Positions 37,649 through 47,783 of a stretch of DNA of 55,069 bases are shown piece after piece. A program made the translations under genes and the position numbers. How positions within the stretch are numbered: position 1 is the stretch's first letter; each line of letters begins with the position of its first letter. A model generated the notes under the pieces. It ran no database searches and was not told the origin of the DNA. It saw nothing but the letters and a program-made list of their open reading frames with translations. Source of the stretch: an uncultured Candidatus Peregrinibacteria bacterium (GTDB taxonomy: Bacteria > Patescibacteriota > Gracilibacteria > CAIRYL01). The stretch lies in NCBI GenBank assembly GCA_903882825.1, contig CAIRYL010000168.1, positions 1-55,069 of the forward strand, read 5' to 3'.

Positions 37649-40600
37649 ATGTTTTTCCCACGTTTTGTAGCTCTTACGAGTGCGTTTTTTTTAATTTTTG
37701 GAAGCGTCATTCCTATTTTTGCACTTTCTCTAGAACCTGTTGCAGAAAATACTTCCACGGTTTCGCCTTCTTTTCCACCAGAACTTCAAAAAGAAATAGA
37801 TATTGTACAACCAATAGTGGAAGAAGTGCAAAAAATAGAAGAGAAATATGACAGCTATTCTTCTGTTCCTGCCGGAACAATTTTAAGTACGATGATTTCA
37901 TTAAAACTGAAACAGTGGGGTCAAAAATATCCAGATATTTCTCGAGAATCTTTTATAAATGCAATTGATCCTTCAAAAAAAACAGGTACTGGAAAAGATG
38001 GTACTTTTTTGGAAAGTTCGCGAGATTGGGAACAAGAAAATTTTTTAGAATCAACGGTTTCTCATTCTCAACTTTTGTATGATTGGAACGAAGGATTAGG
38101 AGAAATAAGTACTCTTTTTTCAGGTGACAATACTCCGCTCTCTGGAAATGAAATGGATATTATAACGGGAAAAAGGGCAATGGAAGAGAGCCTACAAACA
38201 GGATCTATTGGATCCACTCGCCCTGGAGAAGCCAACCCTGAAAATCAAACGGTGTATATTAAAGATATTCCAGCGGTGGAAACAAAATCTCATAATTATG
38301 ATCAACTCATACAACAAGAAAATTTAGCAGAAAAAATAAAAGTTCCAGAAATTATGAAACTGGTTCCCGCGGATATGATGGTGGTTCATTTTGCCGATAA
38401 AACAAAATTTGATTCGTTTTTAAAAGGTATAAATGCTCTTTCTGAACCTTTGCAAAAAGTAATGGGGAAAGATTCTTCTGTGCAGGCGAAAGAAGTAATT
38501 TTAAAACGACTCGGTATTACAGATGAATTTGATGTAGCAGAAGAGTTTGCTTTTGTGGCGGAAGATCTTGATTTTGTGCATCGTAATGATTTTGCTCTTA
38601 TTGTAAAATTTAAAAATAAAAGTACGGATATTATTGCAAAAATGATGCAAACAGGAGAAAACCGGTTTGGCACGGTTGGCGACTATTTTGTGTTTGCCAC
38701 CAGCCAAGATATGATGGACTGTATCACGATGGTTTTTACAAAAGAGGCACCTCTTTCTGTAAGTCGGAAAGCCTATGAATTAGGGCATCATAAAAATATA
38801 GAGGAAGCAACTCGATCACTGGCAGATGAAAAAGATTTTCACTATGCGTTAGGAGTATTAGACCCTCGAAAAGATGGGATTATTTATTTTTCAGATGCTT
38901 TTATCCGAAAACTTACGAGCCCCGAATATCGTTTAAATGCTCGTAGAAAAAATGGGATTATGCAGGAAGTTATCAAACTTCAGTACGAAGTTTTTGCGTA
39001 TAGAGGACTGGAAGGAGTATGGCCGAAAAATTTTAAAGAAATGGCAGACAAAAAATATGAAACTTCCACAACACTGGATGAATCGTTCCGTATTTCAGAT
39101 CAAGGTATTGTATCGCATATTGTTTGGGGAAGCCTTGCAGAACCAACTCCAATAAATCATGTACAGATCGATTTGGTTACGAAAGATGAAGAAGCGTTGT
39201 ATACCCGTTTTAGAAATGGTTACCAAAACTTTTTTCGAGAATTTTTTGATCCCATTGGGATTGCTATTTTGGTGGGAGACCGAATTTCTTTCCATACTAT
39301 TATTCTCCCACTCATAGATAATTCAGAATATAACTGGGTAAAAGCTATTTTTGGAGGGAATGGAAAAGAAGAATTTCGATTTCTTTCGCATGCAGATTTG
39401 TATACAGGAATTGCTTCGTTTCTGGTAACCAAATGGAGTTTAGACGATGCATTAGCAAAAATAGGGCAAATGGAAATAGGAGGGAGAAGTTGGCAATGGC
39501 AAATAAGAGATGATATCGAATTGTACTCTTCTGAAAAAAACACACTTCCTAACACTCTGGAAGATTTGAATACTTGGTCGAAGACCAATCCTGAACGGAG
39601 ACAATATTTGGAAGAATACTTTAAAGAGACGGGACTCGATTATAAAATAGATTTTAAATACGAAGTGTATGAGGGGAAAACAAAAGGATCGCGACAATGC
39701 TGGAGAGTCACCAATCTCCTTACTGGGGAATCCACAGGGAATATTAATGAGGATGAATGTTCAGGCACAGTACTCCCCGAAATTACGCCTCGCCCAATGA
39801 ATGATGAGCTTCAGCAAAAATATATAAATACCGCAGAAAAATGGATAAAAGAGGAGTTTACACTTCCCGAAAATGAACGAGTTTTTGATTTTTTTGGGAA
39901 AGAGATGATGGTAGGGATTATGGATAATTTTTCTGTTTCAACCAGTAATTTTTCAAATATTCATGGATTTTTAGCGTTTGAAATTCAGAATGTCCCTAAA
40001 ATGAAAAAATTTATGGAAATAGTCTACAACAAGGTTTTTTCATCAGAAATGAAAAATAGTGATATTGGGCAAGGTTTGAGCATGTTGGGGATTGGAGGAA
40101 AACCACTTTCAAAAGATATGAATGGGAAAGAAGTATTTATTATTCCTCTTCGTTGGCTCGATTTTTACTATTTTTTTACCGATGATCGTTTTTATATTAC
40201 GCCTTCTCGGCAAGTAGCAGAAAAAATTACATTGGCAATAAGCCAAAAAAATCCTGAACAAACCTCATTTTCTCCTCCTCTCCCCCGAATTCTTGATTAT
40301 ACCTCCAATACGGGAAATTTGTTGCTGGCATTTGATCTTGAAAAATTTTATACAGGAATAAATAATGAAAAAGCTCTGTATGAAGATTTTTCTGAATATA
40401 CACTTCGGAATGAATTTCAACAAAAAGCTTCTTATGTAGAAGAATCTTTTATATTAGCAAAAATTTTAAATTCCGATGTCCCAAATTTAGAAGCTGTAAA
40501 ACCTTATTATTCTCATATCCCAACTCATTTTTATACACTCCCATTTGTTATTGCAGAGAAGAAAATTGCGATAAAAGGACCACTCGGAGATATTCCTCTC

Positions 40601-41008
40601 GAAAAAATAGACAGTAAATATTCTTATATTGCCCTTCCTGATAATCGAGAAGACGGGAAAATAACGATTAAAAAACTCCTCGAGGGTGTAAATCTTGAGA
40701 ATCCTTTTAAAATAATTTCTGAAACAGTAAAAAGCGGAGGCGTATCGTTTGCGTTTACTCCGCATGGGGTAGATATTCGAACTGCTGTGTATAACCCTGC
40801 GTGGGCAGAGAAAGATGATGTGCGCTTTGGAGTGATACATACCGTGACCGATGAAATGATTTCAAATCTTACTTATAAATTGTTTTTTATTGGATGTGGG
40901 ATATTTCTTTTCCTGGGAGTTTTGTTCATTATTTTAAAAAAGCATAAAGAAACCCCAAATATTCCGGATACTCTTTCAGAAAATTCATCTCAAAATATTT
41001 CCCAATAA
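37649..41008 (+). CDS. Large (1119 aa) exported hypothetical protein with C-terminal TM anchor
   Basis: Signal peptide (...IPIFA), long soluble region, C-terminal hydrophobic segment + KKHK; extended -10 TGGTATACT upstream. Confidence 0.85.
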   Translation: MFFPRFVALTSAFFLIFGSVIPIFALSLEPVAENTSTVSPSFPPELQKEIDIVQPIVEEVQKIEEKYDSYSSVPAGTILSTMISLKLKQWGQKYPDISRESFINAIDPSKKTGTGKDGTFLESSRDWEQENFLESTVSHSQLLYDWNEGLGEISTLFSGDNTPLSGNEMDIITGKRAMEESLQTGSIGSTRPGEANPENQTVYIKDIPAVETKSHNYDQLIQQENLAEKIKVPEIMKLVPADMMVVHFADKTKFDSFLKGINALSEPLQKVMGKDSSVQAKEVILKRLGITDEFDVAEEFAFVAEDLDFVHRNDFALIVKFKNKSTDIIAKMMQTGENRFGTVGDYFVFATSQDMMDCITMVFTKEAPLSVSRKAYELGHHKNIEEATRSLADEKDFHYALGVLDPRKDGIIYFSDAFIRKLTSPEYRLNARRKNGIMQEVIKLQYEVFAYRGLEGVWPKNFKEMADKKYETSTTLDESFRISDQGIVSHIVWGSLAEPTPINHVQIDLVTKDEEALYTRFRNGYQNFFREFFDPIGIAILVGDRISFHTIILPLIDNSEYNWVKAIFGGNGKEEFRFLSHADLYTGIASFLVTKWSLDDALAKIGQMEIGGRSWQWQIRDDIELYSSEKNTLPNTLEDLNTWSKTNPERRQYLEEYFKETGLDYKIDFKYEVYEGKTKGSRQCWRVTNLLTGESTGNINEDECSGTVLPEITPRPMNDELQQKYINTAEKWIKEEFTLPENERVFDFFGKEMMVGIMDNFSVSTSNFSNIHGFLAFEIQNVPKMKKFMEIVYNKVFSSEMKNSDIGQGLSMLGIGGKPLSKDMNGKEVFIIPLRWLDFYYFFTDDRFYITPSRQVAEKITLAISQKNPEQTSFSPPLPRILDYTSNTGNLLLAFDLEKFYTGINNEKALYEDFSEYTLRNEFQQKASYVEESFILAKILNSDVPNLEAVKPYYSHIPTHFYTLPFVIAEKKIAIKGPLGDIPLEKIDSKYSYIALPDNREDGKITIKKLLEGVNLENPFKIISETVKSGGVSFAFTPHGVDIRTAVYNPAWAEKDDVRFGVIHTVTDEMISNLTYKLFFIGCGIFLFLGVLFIILKKHKETPNIPDTLSENSSQNISQ

Positions 41009-41009
41009 T

Positions 41010-41654
41010 ATGGGTATAACCACTATCGTGCACGAATCTTCTGAACCTCTTATAGATCTCAAAATTTTTAAGATTTTAGGAGAACCTCTATATTTTAAAC
41101 AAGGACTCTCGAGTACCCCAAAAATGTTGGTGCGCAAAACCGTAGGAGAAAAATTATTAAGAGTCCAATGTGGGCTTCCAAATGGTTTTTCCCTAAAGGT
41201 TTTTGATGCCTTTCGTCCAAAAAAAGTACAAGAGAAACTCTATAAAAAATATTGGGCGGAACTCCAGATGAAAAATCCACAATGGAATGCCAAAAAACTT
41301 GCAGAAGGTACCGAGAAATTTGTTTTTTCTCCATATCTACCAGAAATAATTCCTCCTCATGTAACAGGAGGAGCTGTAGATGTAACACTTATAGATGGAA
41401 CAGGAAATGAACTGGATATGGGAACCGCATTTGACGCTTTTTGTCCAGAATCTGCACCATTTTTTTATGACATTCATGAGAGAAATCCAAAAGTATCTGA
41501 AAATCGAAGAATTTTACGAACCGCCATGGAACAAGAAGGATTTACCCCCAATGATTCTGAATGGTGGCATTTTGACTATGGGAATCACATTTGGGCATTA
41601 AAAAGTGGAGCGTTGCAGACATTGTACGGAGAATATGTGGAGAGATTTCAGTAA
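41010..41654 (+). CDS. ddpX: D-alanyl-D-alanine dipeptidase (VanX/DdpX, M15)
   Basis: FDAFRP..VQ, PPHVTGGAVDVTL, DMGT.FD, EWWHFDYG. Confidence 0.9.
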   Translation: MGITTIVHESSEPLIDLKIFKILGEPLYFKQGLSSTPKMLVRKTVGEKLLRVQCGLPNGFSLKVFDAFRPKKVQEKLYKKYWAELQMKNPQWNAKKLAEGTEKFVFSPYLPEIIPPHVTGGAVDVTLIDGTGNELDMGTAFDAFCPESAPFFYDIHERNPKVSENRRILRTAMEQEGFTPNDSEWWHFDYGNHIWALKSGALQTLYGEYVERFQ

Positions 41655-41767
41655 AAGTATTCATTTATTTTTTTGTTTTTTTAACTCTCTTTCTCGTCTC
41701 TTTTTCTTTTGTTCTTTTTTCTTTTTCCCCTTTATAATGGTTTTCGCTCATTTTTGTTTTTTTTATT

Positions 41768-42895
41768 ATGAAAAATTTGTACGAAGCGTTAGGAATTGAA
41801 AAAGGGGCATCTGAAATGGAAATTAAACGTGCCTATAGGAAGTTAGCGTCTAAATACCATCCAGATGTAAATAAAGATGCCAGTGCGTTAGAAAAATTTA
41901 AAGAGATTCAACAAGCGTACGAAGTTCTTTCTGATCCCAAAAAACGGTCACAATATGACCAATTTGGGAGTGTCGGTGGACCAGAAGGATTTGGGTCGGG
42001 AGGATTTGAAGGTTTTAGTGGGTTTGGAGGTGGACAATCGGGTTTTGAAGATATTTTTGAAACTTTTTTTGGAGGAGGGGGAGGACCATTTGGAGCCACA
42101 AATGCACGACAAAAAAATCGTCCTCAAAAAGGAGAAGATATTCAAACCTATGTCGATATTTCTTTTTCAGAAAGCGTAACGGGTGTGAAAAAAGAAATAG
42201 AAGTAAATACGTTTGAATCGTGTGAAAAATGTGAAGGAAAGGGAATCTCAAAAGGATCATCATATAAAACATGTGCTACTTGCCATGGTGCTGGAAGTGT
42301 TACCAGACAACAACGGACGCCATTTGGAATTATTCAAACCTCTGCAGTGTGTTCTAATTGTAATGGAGAAGGACAAATCCCTGAAAATCCTTGTACATCT
42401 TGTGGGGGGAAAGGTCGGAAACAAAAAAGAAAAAATATTACGGTTCATATCCCCGCAGGCGTTTTTCATGAAGCGCTTTTACGAATTTCTGGAAAAGGAG
42501 CGGTAGGAGAAAAAGGGGCACCTCCAGGAGATCTTCTGATTCGCATTCACGTGGCACAATCTCGTGAATTTACACGGGAAGGGGATGATATTCATACCAC
42601 TCTGCATCTCCATTATTTGCAGGCTATTTTAGGCGCAGAAATAAAAATAAAAACAGTATTGGGGGAAGAGACTATTCGTATTCCTGCAGGAACACCAAAT
42701 GGGAAAATTCTGCGTTTAAAAAATAAAGGAATGCCCAAAGTGAACAGTTCTAGCACTGGAGATCATCTGTTACATATTGTGGTAGATATTCCAGAAAAAC
42801 TGTCGAGTACAGAAGAAAAAACACTGCGCAAACTTTCTGAGGATTTAAAAATTCCAGTACAAGAAGAGGAAGGGTTTTTTGGGAAGATTTTTTAA
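41768..42895 (+). CDS. dnaJ: Molecular chaperone DnaJ
   Basis: HPD J-domain, G/F-rich linker, four CxxCxGxG repeats. Confidence 0.97.
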   Translation: MKNLYEALGIEKGASEMEIKRAYRKLASKYHPDVNKDASALEKFKEIQQAYEVLSDPKKRSQYDQFGSVGGPEGFGSGGFEGFSGFGGGQSGFEDIFETFFGGGGGPFGATNARQKNRPQKGEDIQTYVDISFSESVTGVKKEIEVNTFESCEKCEGKGISKGSSYKTCATCHGAGSVTRQQRTPFGIIQTSAVCSNCNGEGQIPENPCTSCGGKGRKQKRKNITVHIPAGVFHEALLRISGKGAVGEKGAPPGDLLIRIHVAQSREFTREGDDIHTTLHLHYLQAILGAEIKIKTVLGEETIRIPAGTPNGKILRLKNKGMPKVNSSSTGDHLLHIVVDIPEKLSSTEEKTLRKLSEDLKIPVQEEEGFFGKIF

Positions 42896-42899
42896 AACT

Positions 42900-43541
42900 T
42901 TAGACTATTCTCATGGCTCCTAAAATTTCACTGAGGAGTATTTCTACCTCTTCGGCTATGTGTTGAGGGTTTTTAAAAGAAATAAGTTTTCCAGGTGGAC
43001 AAAAAACCGCGGATTGTTTTGCGATTCGTTCATCATCTTTATTGGCTATAAACCGAAAACTTCGTGAGGAAAGAATTTGGAATTCTTTCTCCATTGTTGA
43101 AAGAAAATCTTCATCTCCAAATCCACGAGGGCGAATGCAATACAACACTGAAATATCAGGATGCACAATATTTAAAAGTTTTTCCATTTCTCCTTTTGTA
43201 TCTACTCCCAGTTCTAGTACTAATACTTCCGGGAATTCTTTTTGAAAAAATGCCTTTTTAAATGCCGAAAGAAGAATGGTATACCACTCAGAAAGACTAC
43301 TTTTCCCACTTGGTTCATCTAAAATGGCAAGAGGAAGACCAATTTCTGTATTAAACCCGCGGGAATTTTCCCGGATACGAAGAGTATTGGATTCTAAAAG
43401 TTTGGCAGTAATAGCTTCTCGAATTTCTGTTTTTCCTTCTGTTCCTGCAATAGCAATAATGCGTGGAGAAAATCGCCAAAGAATTATTTTTGCGAGGTAC
43501 TTCAGGAGAACACCGACCAGACATTTCAGAAAAGATTTCAT
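42900..43541 (-). CDS. Mur ligase (MurF-like) central-domain-only protein
   Basis: IIAIAGTEGKT P-loop, FNTEIGLPLAIL, LVLELGVD..GEM, NKDD; ends at 213 aa without the C-terminal domain. Confidence 0.78.
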   Translation of the reverse strand: MKSFLKCLVGVLLKYLAKIILWRFSPRIIAIAGTEGKTEIREAITAKLLESNTLRIRENSRGFNTEIGLPLAILDEPSGKSSLSEWYTILLSAFKKAFFQKEFPEVLVLELGVDTKGEMEKLLNIVHPDISVLYCIRPRGFGDEDFLSTMEKEFQILSSRSFRFIANKDDERIAKQSAVFCPPGKLISFKNPQHIAEEVEILLSEILGAMRIV

Positions 43542-43580
43542 GGAGAAAAAGCGATGAAGAGAGGTTTTTAAAAATGATGC

Positions 43581-44417
43581 TTAAAAATTTTCACACTGAC
43601 TTCCTCTACAGACCTTTTTTTTGAGTAATACATTTTTATCGTAGTAATATTCATACTCTGCGGTTACATTTCCTACTTTTCCAGAAAGAGTAATAACACC
43701 ACCTCTTCTTTTCCCAAAATTATCGGGACAAGCTTCTTGGCAAAGACCATCTAACAAATACGCATCTGAAATATTTTTACTCTCAAATTCATACTTTATC
43801 ATATGAAATTCTGTTTTTTTATCCGATTGTGCGCCTAAAAAAACAGCCATTTTCCCATCACTCGAAGCACACACTCTAGAAAAATCTGATGCTTTTAGTG
43901 GTCTATTGAGTTCTTGGAAAGAAATATTTTTTGATTCTAATGCTTTTGTAAACTCGGCATACCATCCCTTTGCAGTGGCATTTCCAATGGGTCCACAGAC
44001 ATCAAAAGGGAATTCTTTTTGAGGAACGGAAGCGAGTGATTCTCGTACAATTTTTGAAGTGGGAGAGAGAATTCCTGATTCCGTATTAGAAGCATCTTGG
44101 TTTTTTACAAGAGCTTCAAATCTATTTTTTTGAATTTGGCAATCTCGTAATTCGGTTTGCGCTACTCGTACCGCTTCGGTGAGATTATTTTTTTCTGCGA
44201 GAACCGCTTCACAACTTTGCGGAGCACCAGAAATAAGAGGGGAAACTGAAGGGCTGGGGCTTACCCCTTCTGCTCCTGGGCTTTGAATTGCAGGAGTGAT
44301 AATAGGAGCAGGAGTCGCAACGGCAGATGGAGATGGAATTGTTTGTGGAATTTCTATTTCTCCACATCCAGCAAAAAATAAAAGACAACCAGAAAGAAGA
44401 AAAAGGGAGGGTTTCAT
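43581..44417 (-). CDS. Hypothetical lipoprotein
   Basis: Lipobox FAGC, Pro/Ser/Thr linker, Cys-paired domain. Confidence 0.8.
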   Translation of the reverse strand: MKPSLFLLSGCLLFFAGCGEIEIPQTIPSPSAVATPAPIITPAIQSPGAEGVSPSPSVSPLISGAPQSCEAVLAEKNNLTEAVRVAQTELRDCQIQKNRFEALVKNQDASNTESGILSPTSKIVRESLASVPQKEFPFDVCGPIGNATAKGWYAEFTKALESKNISFQELNRPLKASDFSRVCASSDGKMAVFLGAQSDKKTEFHMIKYEFESKNISDAYLLDGLCQEACPDNFGKRRGGVITLSGKVGNVTAEYEYYYDKNVLLKKKVCRGSQCENF

Positions 44418-45595
44418 GAAGAAAGAGTAAAATGACGAAAAAAGAGATTCATACGCTCAAAGGCTTCTTGAAGGTCTTTTTCACTTCTGCCAAAAGAAAT
44501 ACGAACATGACCTTCTCCTGTTGGTCCAAATGCTACCCCTGGTACTAACGCAACGCTAGTTTTTTCCAAAAGTTCCATACAAAAGTCTTGAGAATTAATA
44601 ATTTTTTCACTTTTTGATACTAATTTTGGAAAAACAAAATACGAAGCATTTGGCTTCACATAGGAAAAAACATCAGGAAGAGTATTTAAAAAAGTAGTGG
44701 TCATTTTTAGTCGTCGAATATATGCAGTTTTAAATTCTTGAATAGACTTTTTTCCTTCCTCAGAAAATGCACCAATGGCGGCATATTGAGAAACAACAGG
44801 GGCACAAGTGACCATTGAATCATGAATTTTTAAAATTTCTGTAATATTTTTCGCACTCGAATGAACAAATCCCACTCTCCACCCCGTCATGGCAAAGGCT
44901 TTTGAAAAAGAAAAAACACGAATAACCCGATCTTTTAATTCTGGGATACTCGCCAATGCGAAAATTTCTTCATTGGTATATACAAAATCTTTGTACACTT
45001 CGTCAGAAAGAAGAAAAAGATCATGTTTTTTTGCCATATCGGCGAGAAGAAGAAGATCCTCTTTCTTAAAAATGGTTCCCGTAGGATTAGAAGGATTACA
45101 ATAAAAAATAACGCGTGTTCGTGGAGTAATTCGTTTTTCAAATTCTTCTACTTTTACGCTCCAACCTCCTTCTTCATCTAATGGTACAAAAACAGGAACT
45201 CCATGAGCGAGTTTAATGGCTTGCGCATACGAAGCATATACAGGAGAAGGGATGAGTACTTCATCTCCAGGATTAAGAATAGCGAGAAGAGAGGCGGTAA
45301 TACCTTCAATGGATCCACACGTCACAATAATTTCTGATTGATAATGATAGTGCATTCCTTCTTTTCTCAATTCTTCTGCAACGATTTCTCGAAGTTCTGG
45401 AAGCCCATTGGTAAGAGAATATTTTGCAGATTTCCCACTCATAATGGCATCTATTGCCACTTTTTTAATATATTCTGGCGTATCAAAACTCGGAATTCCT
45501 TGTGCCAGTGAAACTACTTTGGAATGCTTTGAAGCTTCCAACTCCATGAGTTTAATAGGCGAAACGGTCATTTTTCCCGTACGAAAAACACTCAT
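44414..45595 (-). CDS. Class I/II PLP-dependent aminotransferase
   Basis: SLAQGIP, NPSNPTG, SDEVY, SFSKAFAMTGWRVG, PGVAFG..GEGHVRISF. Confidence 0.93.
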   Translation of the reverse strand: MSVFRTGKMTVSPIKLMELEASKHSKVVSLAQGIPSFDTPEYIKKVAIDAIMSGKSAKYSLTNGLPELREIVAEELRKEGMHYHYQSEIIVTCGSIEGITASLLAILNPGDEVLIPSPVYASYAQAIKLAHGVPVFVPLDEEGGWSVKVEEFEKRITPRTRVIFYCNPSNPTGTIFKKEDLLLLADMAKKHDLFLLSDEVYKDFVYTNEEIFALASIPELKDRVIRVFSFSKAFAMTGWRVGFVHSSAKNITEILKIHDSMVTCAPVVSQYAAIGAFSEEGKKSIQEFKTAYIRRLKMTTTFLNTLPDVFSYVKPNASYFVFPKLVSKSEKIINSQDFCMELLEKTSVALVPGVAFGPTGEGHVRISFGRSEKDLQEAFERMNLFFRHFTLSS

Positions 45596-45681
45596 AAAAA
45601 TAGGGGAAATCATGAAAAACGGTAGCACGGGAAATATTCAAGATGCAAGATACAGAAACTGTGCGAAACTCTCATATTTTT

Positions 45682-46923
45682 TTATAAGATTTTTAAGACT
45701 TCTTCTCCTACTTTTTCTAAAAGAATATTTTTACTTTCCTTTTCTGTTCGTATTTTCCATTCTCCTTCTCCTTTTTCCAGTGTTTTTGGAGAAATAACAA
45801 CACGGATAGGAAAACCGAGTAAATCTGCATCTCCAAATTTTTTCCCAGGAGATTCATCTCTATCATCTACGAGTACGTCTATCCCTTTTTCAGAAAGGGT
45901 TTTTTCCAGTTTTTTCGCTTCTAAAAGGCTGGTTTCAAATTCCTCTTTGCGTCCAATAGGAATAATAACCACGGTATAAGGTGCTACTGGTAATGGCCAA
46001 CAAATACCATTTTCATCATGAAAGGCTTCTACAATGGTGCCCATAAGCCTGGTAACGCCAATTCCATAACATCCCATCACTGGAGTTTCTCGCGTTCCTT
46101 CAGCATTGGGCACTTGTACGTCGAATGCTTCGGTATATTTTTTCCCGAGTTTAAAAATATTCCCTACTTCCACACATTTTTTTTCATCCAAAGTTTCTGC
46201 ACAGTGTGGACATTTCTTCCCACCTTTTTGGGTAGAAATTTCTGTATTTTGTGCCCAGCCACATTGTTTACAAAATACCATCGTATCTTCTCCTGCGTTC
46301 GTTATTACGGCAAACTCGTGAGAAATATCGTTTGAAAATTCTCCTCCAGAAGCCTCAATAGAGTAGGCAATAAGTCCGCATCTTTGAAAAACTCGAAAAT
46401 ATGCTTCTTTTACTCGTTCGTAATACGTATCTAAACCCTCCTGCGATTGGTGAAAGGAATACATATCTTTCATAATAAATTCACGACCTCGTAAAATTCC
46501 ACTTTTTGCGCGAGCTTCATCTCGAAATTTTGTTTGAATTTGGAAAAGGGAAAGGGGAAGATCTTTCCACGAAGTTAAAAATTCTTTTGCAAGTGGGGTT
46601 ACCATTTCTTCATGGCTCCAACCGAGTACTGTTTTTTCATTTGGTTTATAGGCAATATCTACTTGGTCTCGACCGGTTTTTTTCCAGTTTTCCAATGGAG
46701 TAAGTGCAGGCATGAGAACTTCGCAGGCATCAACATTTCCCATTTCTTCACGAATAATAATTTTTATTTTTTGAAGTACTTTTAATCCCAAAGGCAAATA
46801 CGAATACACTCCTGCCATTTCGCGTTTTATAAATCCTCCTTTTACGAGGAGTTCTGCATTTTTACTGTCCGCATCATGAGGAGCATTTTTTTGAGTTTTT
46901 ATTCCCGCACGAGTAAAGAGCAT
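45682..46923 (-). CDS. proS: Proline--tRNA ligase (short form without editing insertion)
   Basis: GVYSYLPLG, QTKFRDEAR, RGREFIMKDMYSF, EVGNIFKLG, MGCYGIG, DDRDESPGKKF. Confidence 0.96.
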   Translation of the reverse strand: MLFTRAGIKTQKNAPHDADSKNAELLVKGGFIKREMAGVYSYLPLGLKVLQKIKIIIREEMGNVDACEVLMPALTPLENWKKTGRDQVDIAYKPNEKTVLGWSHEEMVTPLAKEFLTSWKDLPLSLFQIQTKFRDEARAKSGILRGREFIMKDMYSFHQSQEGLDTYYERVKEAYFRVFQRCGLIAYSIEASGGEFSNDISHEFAVITNAGEDTMVFCKQCGWAQNTEISTQKGGKKCPHCAETLDEKKCVEVGNIFKLGKKYTEAFDVQVPNAEGTRETPVMGCYGIGVTRLMGTIVEAFHDENGICWPLPVAPYTVVIIPIGRKEEFETSLLEAKKLEKTLSEKGIDVLVDDRDESPGKKFGDADLLGFPIRVVISPKTLEKGEGEWKIRTEKESKNILLEKVGEEVLKIL

Positions 46924-47060
46924 ACCAAAAAAAGAAAATACTTTTTAAATATATCGTGCGAAAGAAGAAAAAGAAAGACTATCCCATACGCTTCATTTTC
47001 TCTGAACTTTTGAATCGGAATATCACAAAATGTACACTTGACACTGCAATACAATAAAAA

Positions 47061-47089
47061 TTGACTTATAAAAAATATATGTTTAAAAT
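47061..47089 (+). promoter_or_regulatory. sigma70-type promoter
   Basis: TTGACT-17 nt-TAAAAT ahead of ATG 47113. Confidence 0.55.
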
Positions 47090-47112
47090 AAAAAAGTATT
47101 TTTTATTTTTTT

Positions 47113-47643
47113 ATGGTAAAAATTTCTTTTGCAGTACTGGGTTCGTTTTTTTTGGTACTTCCTATTTCTTCTTTTGCAGAAGAAATAATCCCTTCTCCCA
47201 CTCCGATTGTGGAAATAGGTATTCCCCAAGGAGAAAACCCAAACATTCCTCCTCGTTCTGAAAATATAAATTCCAAAAAAATTGAGAAAGCAAATCAAAT
47301 ATTGGAAAAACTTTTAGAATCTTCTGCCGATCGTCTCTTCCAAATGGGTATGCCGGAAGCGGATTTGTTAGTTTTTCAAGAGAAAATTCGAAAAGATTTT
47401 TCTGATCGTTTGGCAACGGTAAAAACCCCTCAAGAGCTTGGAAATCTTATCCGTGATACTCGAAAAACTGTGCGTGATACCATTCAAGAACTTCGAAAAT
47501 CATTCAAAGGTGTAGAGAAAGCAAAACGTGAAGCTACTAAAGGTGTGAAAGAAGAAGAGAAGGCAAAACGCGAAGCTGATAAAGCCCTACGAGATGCTGA
47601 AAAACAGAAGGAAGAGGGAGAATCTGTGAATTCTTCTCTCTAG
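47113..47643 (+). CDS. Secreted hypothetical helical protein
   Basis: Signal peptide ending SFA; PSPTP linker; charged coiled C-terminus; own promoter and terminator. Confidence 0.8.
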   Translation: MVKISFAVLGSFFLVLPISSFAEEIIPSPTPIVEIGIPQGENPNIPPRSENINSKKIEKANQILEKLLESSADRLFQMGMPEADLLVFQEKIRKDFSDRLATVKTPQELGNLIRDTRKTVRDTIQELRKSFKGVEKAKREATKGVKEEEKAKREADKALRDAEKQKEEGESVNSSL

Positions 47644-47666
47644 CTTTGAGTAATTTTTATATTGTT

Positions 47667-47706
47667 TTTTAAAAAGGCTGTCCATTTTTGGACAGCCTTT
47701 TTAAAA
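47667..47706 (+). terminator. Rho-independent (bidirectional-looking) terminator
   Basis: TTTTAAAAAGGCTGTCCA-TTTT-TGGACAGCCTTTTTAAAA perfect inverted repeat. Confidence 0.85.
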
Positions 47707-47783
47707 TTCATTACTAACCAACGTGTTCATTATTTGCAGAAACACGTTCTCATGAGTACCATTCTTTTGTTTTTCTTTTGTTT

